DNA of 64,000 nucleotides, taken from contig JAWLHY010000002.1 in NCBI GenBank assembly GCA_041690135.1, forward strand, positions 96,001 to 160,000, in the 5' to 3' direction. The notes below the pieces were generated by a model. The model worked only from the letters and a program-made list of their open reading frames with translations. It ran no database searches and was not told where the DNA came from. Numbering within the stretch: position 1 is the first letter of the stretch; every line of letters starts with the position of its first letter. This stretch comes from Armatimonadota bacterium. Its GTDB lineage: Bacteria; Armatimonadota; SYMT01. Both the position numbers and the translations under genes were made by a program. Positions 56,988 to 64,000 of the stretch are shown here, one piece after another.

Positions 56988-58709
56988 GTGCGGCTATCCG
57001 CAGTGATTCTCGGCGTGGCGTGTGCCCTGACAACAGTGGCGCACCCTGCTTTTTCGGCGCCGCCGGCAACGGAGGCCCCCATCTTGCCTCGGTTGCCCCC
57101 ACCGGTAGAGGTGCGCACGGCCGGGCGGGTCTACCCGGTTTTCGCACACGCGCACACGCATCACGCTGGTTGGACCGACACCACGGCCTACGTCCATCAG
57201 CCTCAGGACATAAGCCTGCGCTGGCACATTGACCCGGGGGGGAGCGCCGTTCTCAAGGTGCGAGATGCCTGGGATCCGGTCGCCCCCTGGCGCGACCTGC
57301 GAAAGTGGGAGCGTTCCGATCTCGAACGGGGGGAAACGCGGCTCCGCATCGAACGGCCGAGTCTCCTCTGGCTGCGGGTGCGCGCCGCCCGCTGGCCCCG
57401 GAGCGGCGTTGCCAGTCTGCGGGCCGACTACGAGCGCCGGACCCTCGCGGTGCTTCGGGGAACTCCGGGGAAGATCCGGAAGCCGGTCATTGTGGCGGAG
57501 GGGTACGACCCTTTCAACGAACAGGACTGGAACGACCCGGCCTGGCAGGACGACGTCACCTTTGCCCGCCTTGTGAACGAAGGACGGCGACAGCACGATC
57601 TGGACCCATGGATCCTGGACTGGGGGGATGCCGCCGCACCTCTCCAGCAGCAAGCGGAAGACTTCGCCGATCTGGCGCGGCAGATCCGGACCTGGGCGGG
57701 CGGGCAGCGGCCCACGGTGGCGGTGGGAATCAGCATGGGCGCCGTGTCGCTGCGGTACGCCCTCGCCGCCGCGGCCGAAAGCAAGACGGACCTTGGGGTG
57801 CGCAAGTACATCAGCATCAACGGCCCCCACCGCGGCGCCTGGGTGAACCCGGAGCTGTACCGGTTTCTGCTGAAACGGGGCTCGGAAGGCAGTGGGCAGA
57901 AGGCAGTGGGCAGAAGGCAGTCGGCAGAAGGCAGTCGGCAGTTGGCAGAGGCCAAAGGACAGAGGGCAGTGGGCAATGGGTTGGATGCACCGGCTGAGGA
58001 CCCGGACTCTCCTAATCGTAATCCTAGTCCTAATCGGCCGCAGGCGCCGCCCAACCCCCTCCAACGTGCGCTCGGCAGTCCAGCCGCACAACAACTCATC
58101 ATCGGTGCGCCGTTGCACGCGGCGTTTTACACGAGCCTGCGCGCGCAGGGAGAGAACGGGTACGCTCCGGCCATTCCCCGGGCCGCGTTCAGCACCGGAT
58201 CGCTGGTGAAAGAAGGCACCGACCTGGCGGAACTGGTGAAGGGCAAGGCCGCGGTGATTCACCGGGTGCAGGTGCGCCCGCTCTGGCTGCCCCTTTGGAT
58301 CACGGTCCGCAAGACCCGCCGCGATTTCCGCTACGGTGCTTTCCCCGGAGAATTGCTGCCGGAGAGCATGCGCACGCCGGTCAAGGGCCACGTGCGCTTC
58401 CTCTCGATCTTTCGGTTCGACTTCCGCACGGATTGGGAGAAGATCCCGACCTTCATTCCCACGCACAGTGCGCTCGACTTCCCCGAGGAACTGGAGGGCG
58501 GACCCCGCCGGTTCCGCTACGAACACTGGCGGCAGTCCGCCTTTCCGCAAATCTACGTGAGCCAGGACCGGAACCTGCCGCACGACGCTACCCGCGTTAA
58601 CTGGATCGACCCCCGTACCGGCAAGCCAGCCCCTCGGGACGCAGACGCCATCCTGCACGAAATCGCAGTCGCTTACGGCCCGGCAGGTCGAAAGGCCGCC
58701 CGTGAATGA
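56988..58709 (+). CDS. Secreted alpha/beta hydrolase with in-frame repeat insertion
   Basis: KPVIVAEGYDP, VGISMG, SINGPHRGA, FIPTHSALD; AGGAGG RBS. Confidence 0.8.
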   Translation: MRLSAVILGVACALTTVAHPAFSAPPATEAPILPRLPPPVEVRTAGRVYPVFAHAHTHHAGWTDTTAYVHQPQDISLRWHIDPGGSAVLKVRDAWDPVAPWRDLRKWERSDLERGETRLRIERPSLLWLRVRAARWPRSGVASLRADYERRTLAVLRGTPGKIRKPVIVAEGYDPFNEQDWNDPAWQDDVTFARLVNEGRRQHDLDPWILDWGDAAAPLQQQAEDFADLARQIRTWAGGQRPTVAVGISMGAVSLRYALAAAAESKTDLGVRKYISINGPHRGAWVNPELYRFLLKRGSEGSGQKAVGRRQSAEGSRQLAEAKGQRAVGNGLDAPAEDPDSPNRNPSPNRPQAPPNPLQRALGSPAAQQLIIGAPLHAAFYTSLRAQGENGYAPAIPRAAFSTGSLVKEGTDLAELVKGKAAVIHRVQVRPLWLPLWITVRKTRRDFRYGAFPGELLPESMRTPVKGHVRFLSIFRFDFRTDWEKIPTFIPTHSALDFPEELEGGPRRFRYEHWRQSAFPQIYVSQDRNLPHDATRVNWIDPRTGKPAPRDADAILHEIAVAYGPAGRKAARE

Positions 58710-58822
58710 CTTGCCCCCCTTCCCGGGTATAAGAGCGACCAGGGCTTACTCCGCAGGTACGCGACCGGGTATCGGGAGCTTCCAAAGCGGGAAGTTCGCG
58801 GCAATGGCGTGTGAGGGGTGCG

Positions 58823-61800
58823 ATGCGGAACTGGCGACAATGGCGAAGACGGGTGTGGGTGCTGCTGCTGCTAGGGCTGCTTGGCGGAGGAATTACCGCA
58901 TATCGAGCCCAGGAATTCGCCCGGCGTGAGCTGCCCGACTACCTGGCACGTTACCTTTCGCAAGTGCTCCAGCGGCCCGTAGAGATCGGGAAGGTGAGCG
59001 CCTGGCCTCCCGGGGCTTTCTCGCTCAAAGGCCTGGAAGTGTTGCCGGGGCCGGATGAAGCGGCGTCGCCGATCACGGCCCGGCGGGCGCGGGTCTATAT
59101 CGATTGGTGGCGCCTGCTTCATGGGCACGTCCAGGTGCGGCGGATCCACCTCGACCAGGCGCACCTGCGCGCTTCCCTCGACCTAGCTGGAGCCGACGCC
59201 GCCCAGGCGAACGTGGGTGAGACGCTGCTTTCACTATCTTCGCTGGGGCTGGTCGAACTCGGGCTGCACGACTCGGCGGTGGACATCACGGCAACTCTCG
59301 CGAATGGAGTCACCCAGCCGGTGACGATCCGCGGGATAGATTTCCGCACGCGACTGCGGCACGACTCCTTCGTCTTTGTCACCGCATGGAACCGGTGGTC
59401 CGCGGGCGGGCTTTCGGCACAGGACCTGCGTTTCGCGGGCAAGGGCGATGCCCGCACGATCACGCTGACGAAGAGCCATGCCCGGTTCCAGGGGGGAAAG
59501 CTCGAAGCGGAAGGGACCTACCTCACTCAGGGCGGGGATGTGGCCATGCAGGTGGCGGTGCGGGACCTCCCCCTGGGCGACCTGACGCAGCAGTTGGGCA
59601 TCCCGGAAGAGTGGGCGGTCGAGGGGAAGCTGAATGGCACGATCGAAGTAAGCGCCATCTCGGGCGAACTCCAGCGCATCGACGGGACGGTACGGGTGGC
59701 GCAGGGTTCGATCGCCCGCTCCCGCGCCGTTTTCCCCTGGACGACGGCAACGGCCATCGTCGACTGGGATCGCGAAACGATCACCTTGAAGGAGATCGAC
59801 ATCCGCGGGGACGGGATCCGGCTGGGCGGCCAGGCGGACCTGCGGGGTGACCCCTCCGCGCCATTCCCCGAGCGCTTCTACCGGGCGGAAGGCCGGGTGG
59901 AAGCGACCAGTGCGGAGGCCGTCGCCGCGCTGGCGCGGGTGCTTGCGTTCAGTAACTCGGTTCCGAACGGCTGGAGCGTTCGCCGCGGCACCCTCGACTT
60001 CCGGGCCCACGGAAAGGTGGCCGAGATGGAAGAGTCCCACGCCCTGGGCGAGTTCGCGGCCGAGGGCCTGGCGCTGCAAGTCGCGCCCCGGCGTGGCGCT
60101 CTCGAGATAGCCGCGGTCCGCGGGAAGTTCTCGCGCCGGGACGACCGGCTGGAGGTGACGGAGGTCGTCGGAACCGCCGAGGGTCTCACGGCCCATGCCG
60201 AAGCGCTGATCACCCCCGGGGAGGGGAACCGGGGCGGGACGTTCCGCACCACCGGCCGGGTGGAGTTTACCAGCCTGGCCACCCTCCGGCAGCAGCTACC
60301 GGAAGTGCCCCTGTGGGAGTGGGTGCTGCCCGCGCGCCCTGCCTCGCGCGGTGAGATCACGTTCGCCGCGCACGGTCCGACGTCCGCCCCGGAGAACCTG
60401 ACCGGCTCGGGCAGTTTCCGGTTCCGGGAGTTCTCCGCCCGGGTCACACCGGCGCAAGGAGAGCGTCCCTGGACCTTTCCGGTGCGAGCCGTGACGGGCC
60501 GGTATGCCCTGGAAGACGGCGATCTCGCGCTGCGGGGAGTCCGGCTGCAGTCCGACCTGTTCACCGCCGACGCCCAGGGCACCCTTCGGGATGTAGCCCA
60601 GAAGGGTCCGTTCGTCGGACGCGCTCGCCTGGTCTCTTCTCGCTGGCGGGAACTGCCCCCGCTCCAGGGGCGAGTGCCGGCGGGATTAACGGGCGGTACC
60701 CTCGCGCTGGAGTTGCGTACCGCGGGTGCTACGGAAGGTCCGGCCCCGCTGGTCGGCACCGTGGACTTGCGGGGGGCCACCTACCTGGCTGCGTTCCACG
60801 GACGGCAGCGCCGTCTCCAGTTGGAGACGGCACGGGCGGATTTCCGGTTGGCCGGGGACCGGATTACTATCCCGTCTTACCACGTGGTATCCCCTCAGTT
60901 CACGACCACCGGTTCCGGCTCCGGACGGCAGCGACGCCGAGGCCGGGAGGCGGGCTGGCAGGTCCACGGTGAAGGCACGCTGGTGACCCGCAACGCGGGC
61001 GAGTTGCTCCGGTGGGTTTCCGGCCGGGAAGTGCTGCGTGGCGGCGCACTCCGCGCGCAGTATGTGGTAGACAGCCACACCTCTGCCCCCGAGCGGGCGA
61101 TCACCACCGCGAACGTGCGGATTACCGGCGGGCACCCGGTCTTACCCCCGGGCGCCCTGCCTTTCCGCCCGGAGGAGACTCGCATCGTCGCGCTGACCGG
61201 CCGATTCCATTCCCGCGGTGGAGTCGTCCGGTTTCGTGATGCCGTCTGGCAGGCGCCCCGGTTTCGTGCGGAAGGTGAGGGCATCTTCGACGGCACGAAC
61301 CTGGCGGGCGATTTCCGTCTGACCACCCGCAACTGGCAGGCCCTCGCGGGGAATCTCGTGCGCGGACTGCCGGTAGCCGGCGGCACCCTGACCCTGGCGG
61401 GCCGCCTGGAAGGACCGGTTGCCGGGCTGCGTACCCGCCCGTTCCGGGGAACCGTCACGCTGCGCGGAGCGCGCCTGGCGCAGGTTTCCGGATGGAACGT
61501 GGTCGGTGGGGAGTTGGACCTCCGGACGGGGGTGAGCGGCACGCTGGATCGGCTGGCCGCCAGTACCCTCGAAGGCACCTTTTCCGTCCGCAACCTCACC
61601 CTACCACCGCTCCGGGCCGGGTCCGAGCGCCTGCATATCACGGTGGCGCGAGGGAGTTTTGCCCGGGAGGGCGACCGGATGAATCTGCGGAACCTGGTGG
61701 CCCGGGCGGGCGGGGCCCGGCTTACCGGCCGCGGCTCCCTGCGGGGGATGGGCACACGGGCGCTCTCCCACTCGTTCGCGCTGGCGGCACGGGGCGAGTC

Positions 61801-63121
61801 CGCCGCCAGCCTCCTGCCGCTCATCGGCCCCGTACCGGGCCAGGCTTCCGGTGGTCGCTATACCGCCTCGCTGAGCCTGAGCGGCACGCCGGCCCGCCCC
61901 GTGGCGCATGCCGAGGGGAGAGCCGAGGTCACTGGCGCCCGGTGGATTCCACCAGGCAAGAAAGCCGTGTTGCCGATCGAACGGGCGGCGGCCCATTTCG
62001 TCCGCGAAGGAGACCACGTCCGGATCAACAACGCGGAGCTACGGATACCCGGCGGTCGCGCCACGCTGGCCGGCATGATCCAGGGCCTCTACGCGCCCAC
62101 CGGCACCCGGCATCACGTACGCCTCTCGTGGCGTCTGCAAAATGCCAGTGGCTGGGCAAGCCGCTTCTTACCCGTGCCGGGGTGGTTCACGGGTGGTCTG
62201 TTTACCGGCGAGGCGAAACTCAGCGGCAACCTGCGCCGGCCCGCGACCTCCGGGTCCGGCCGCTTCGAGGTCCGCAACGCCGGCTTCATGCCGCCGCAGC
62301 CGATCCTGGGTGGGCCGGTGCGCCCCATCGACGTGCGGTGGGCTCGGGGCCTGTTCCGGCGGGGGGATGGAAAGACGTATCTCACCGACCTGGATCTGAA
62401 TACGTCGGTCGGGACCGCCACGGGAACGGTGACCTCGGACGACCGGGGCAATGCCGACCTCCAGGCGAAGGCCGTCGTCACGCGCCTGGAGGCGCTGGTC
62501 GACCTCTGGCCCGGCTTCAAAGACCGCCTCCGCGGCGGGAGCGGTGAGATGCACCTGGCGCTGAAGGGTCCGCTGGGACGACCGCGGGACTTACGTGGCC
62601 CCGTTACCCTCATCGGTAGAGGAGGCAGCTTCACGGTGGAGAATGTGGACGAGCTCTACGCCAGCCACCCGTTCGAGGAGCTGAGTGCCCGCTTGTTGCT
62701 GGAGGGCGCCGGGCAGGTGCGCTTCCAGGAGATCCGGATGCGCGGCCCCAAGGCCAACCTCGACGGTCGGGGTCTCATCACCGGCAAAGGACAGGTGGAT
62801 ATCCGGGGGAAAGGCTGGTTTGCCGAAGGGTTCACGAAGAAGCTGTTCAAGCCGCGAATTCTCTGGCCGGTGGCGAAGCTGGTCGGCTTCCGCCGGCTGA
62901 AGTCGGACTTCAAGATCCGCGGCACGCTGCGGGAGGCCCGGCTGGATGCCGGCATTACGGACGGCCTGCTCTGGAAGCTGGCCATCCGCAAGCGCGTCCC
63001 GGAGCCCCTGCGCAGAATCGCGACCGGTGACGTACCCCTCTGGTCTGCCGACAACAAAAGTAGGGTGGCAGCCCGTGTCACGAGTCGAGCTCGCTCAGCG
63101 TACAGTGTCTCGACCCGGTAG
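58823..63121 (+). CDS. AsmA/TamB-like bridge protein
   Basis: N-terminal TM anchor followed by about 1400 aa of repetitive beta strands; KIRGTLREAR near the C-terminus. Confidence 0.75.
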   Translation: MRNWRQWRRRVWVLLLLGLLGGGITAYRAQEFARRELPDYLARYLSQVLQRPVEIGKVSAWPPGAFSLKGLEVLPGPDEAASPITARRARVYIDWWRLLHGHVQVRRIHLDQAHLRASLDLAGADAAQANVGETLLSLSSLGLVELGLHDSAVDITATLANGVTQPVTIRGIDFRTRLRHDSFVFVTAWNRWSAGGLSAQDLRFAGKGDARTITLTKSHARFQGGKLEAEGTYLTQGGDVAMQVAVRDLPLGDLTQQLGIPEEWAVEGKLNGTIEVSAISGELQRIDGTVRVAQGSIARSRAVFPWTTATAIVDWDRETITLKEIDIRGDGIRLGGQADLRGDPSAPFPERFYRAEGRVEATSAEAVAALARVLAFSNSVPNGWSVRRGTLDFRAHGKVAEMEESHALGEFAAEGLALQVAPRRGALEIAAVRGKFSRRDDRLEVTEVVGTAEGLTAHAEALITPGEGNRGGTFRTTGRVEFTSLATLRQQLPEVPLWEWVLPARPASRGEITFAAHGPTSAPENLTGSGSFRFREFSARVTPAQGERPWTFPVRAVTGRYALEDGDLALRGVRLQSDLFTADAQGTLRDVAQKGPFVGRARLVSSRWRELPPLQGRVPAGLTGGTLALELRTAGATEGPAPLVGTVDLRGATYLAAFHGRQRRLQLETARADFRLAGDRITIPSYHVVSPQFTTTGSGSGRQRRRGREAGWQVHGEGTLVTRNAGELLRWVSGREVLRGGALRAQYVVDSHTSAPERAITTANVRITGGHPVLPPGALPFRPEETRIVALTGRFHSRGGVVRFRDAVWQAPRFRAEGEGIFDGTNLAGDFRLTTRNWQALAGNLVRGLPVAGGTLTLAGRLEGPVAGLRTRPFRGTVTLRGARLAQVSGWNVVGGELDLRTGVSGTLDRLAASTLEGTFSVRNLTLPPLRAGSERLHITVARGSFAREGDRMNLRNLVARAGGARLTGRGSLRGMGTRALSHSFALAARGESAASLLPLIGPVPGQASGGRYTASLSLSGTPARPVAHAEGRAEVTGARWIPPGKKAVLPIERAAAHFVREGDHVRINNAELRIPGGRATLAGMIQGLYAPTGTRHHVRLSWRLQNASGWASRFLPVPGWFTGGLFTGEAKLSGNLRRPATSGSGRFEVRNAGFMPPQPILGGPVRPIDVRWARGLFRRGDGKTYLTDLDLNTSVGTATGTVTSDDRGNADLQAKAVVTRLEALVDLWPGFKDRLRGGSGEMHLALKGPLGRPRDLRGPVTLIGRGGSFTVENVDELYASHPFEELSARLLLEGAGQVRFQEIRMRGPKANLDGRGLITGKGQVDIRGKGWFAEGFTKKLFKPRILWPVAKLVGFRRLKSDFKIRGTLREARLDAGITDGLLWKLAIRKRVPEPLRRIATGDVPLWSADNKSRVAARVTSRARSAYSVSTR

Positions 63122-63139
63122 CGAGAAATGGAGTAGGCT

Positions 63140-63358
63140 GTGAACGACCCGACATACGAAATCCTGACGTTGGGCTGCGACCATCGCTGGTACAGTGGCA
63201 CCACCGAGAAGAAGGTGCTGGGCAAAGATACGGAACTGGCGCGCATCCTGAACGAATATGGCGAGTGCGGCTGGAGCGTGGTGGCGGCGTGTGGCGACGC
63301 CCGCTTCCGGCAGGTGATCCTTACCCGCAGCTTTGATGCCGACTACGCCACTCCCTGA
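63140..63358 (+). CDS. DUF4177-like small protein
   Basis: LNEYGECGWSVV...VILTR; GGAG RBS. Confidence 0.6.
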   Translation: MNDPTYEILTLGCDHRWYSGTTEKKVLGKDTELARILNEYGECGWSVVAACGDARFRQVILTRSFDADYATP

Positions 63359-63854
63359 ACTGCAGATTCCCGGGGCCGGCAGCCTGGAAACGCTCTCACG
63401 CGGGAGGCCGGTCCTGCTCCTGTTCCTGCGGCACCTCGGCTGAATTTTCTGCCGCGAAGCGGTGGCGGGCCTGGCAGGCCTGCGTGAGGAGTTAGAACGG
63501 AGAAACGGCGTCGTGGTGGTAGTCCACTTCGGAGACCCCCAACGGGCGGCGGAGTTGCTGGCTTCCATTCCCGGCACCCAGGGCTTCCATCTGGTGGCCG
63601 ACCCGGAGCGCCGCCTCTACCGTTCCTTCGGCCTCGGCAGCGGCTCGCTCCGGCAGATCATGGGCCCCCGCGTTTGGCTGCGGGGCGCCCGCGCCTTCTT
63701 CAGCGGCTTCCGTCCCGGTAAACCCCAGGGCGACCTCCACCAGATGTCCGGCGCCTTCGTCGTCCGCGACGGACGGGTCACCGCCGCACACCCCTACCGC
63801 GACTCCACCGACCACCCCGACTTCCTGCGGCTGCTCGCCACCTCGCCGGAGTAG
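63336..63854 (+). CDS. Peroxiredoxin-like (AhpC/TSA_2, SelU/PRXL2-like) selenoprotein
   Basis: FLRHLG-TGA-IFCRE in frame (TGA 63441-63443); ADPERRLYRSFGL and QMSGAFVV downstream. Confidence 0.85.
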
Positions 63855-63924
63855 TCCCGCCGTTCTCCCTCCGGCACCCCCGCCCACCAACCGAGAATCC
63901 CCCTGGAATAGCCCCACCTCTTCC

Positions 63925-63990
63925 CATCCTTATCGATCCTTATCCTCCGTTTTCTTATCTTTATCCTTATCGATTCCCGTCCTAACCCGC
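63925..63990. repeat. Degenerate hexamer repeat (ATCCTT)n
   Basis: Several ATCCTT/ATCTTT units after the last gene. Confidence 0.6.
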
Positions 63991-64000
63991 TAAGCCCATG

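Noticed and set aside
56692-57006. 104-aa ORF between the STAS and hydrolase genes
   Set aside because: It lies in a divergent promoter region, includes an ATCC-type repeat and has no clear RBS or domain.

Overview
GC-rich bacterial chromosomal window. Three [25 protein letters not shown](R/Q)ARE prepilin-like genes, a planctomycete-type cytochrome/DUF1553-DUF1501 pair, TolC and AsmA-like genes suggest a diderm, probably Armatimonadota-like (inference). Most of the ~45 genes are housekeeping or envelope genes: glycolipid synthase + MFS + YkoP-like, GH4, lysC, peptidases, glgC/glgA, pgi, GGDEF. There is also an FHA/Ser-Thr kinase/large TPR cluster. No rRNA, tRNA, CRISPR array or transposase was seen. 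The most unusual signals lie outside normal annotation. (1) A family of 17-35 nt GTTTAC/GGTAC micro-hairpins sits at the 3' edge of GNAG loops of REP-like hairpins, with filled and empty alleles both present and some copies nested. (2) Four in-frame insertions of mosaic short tandem repeats, mostly closed by RNA helices, interrupt conserved proteins. (3) Several 140-440 nt intergenic regions fold extensively and show strand-specific G-U pairs; one is antisense to both neighbours and has its own -10 box. (4) An unannotated UxxC peroxiredoxin-like selenoprotein has a candidate SECIS. All folds were read by eye and no database search was run.
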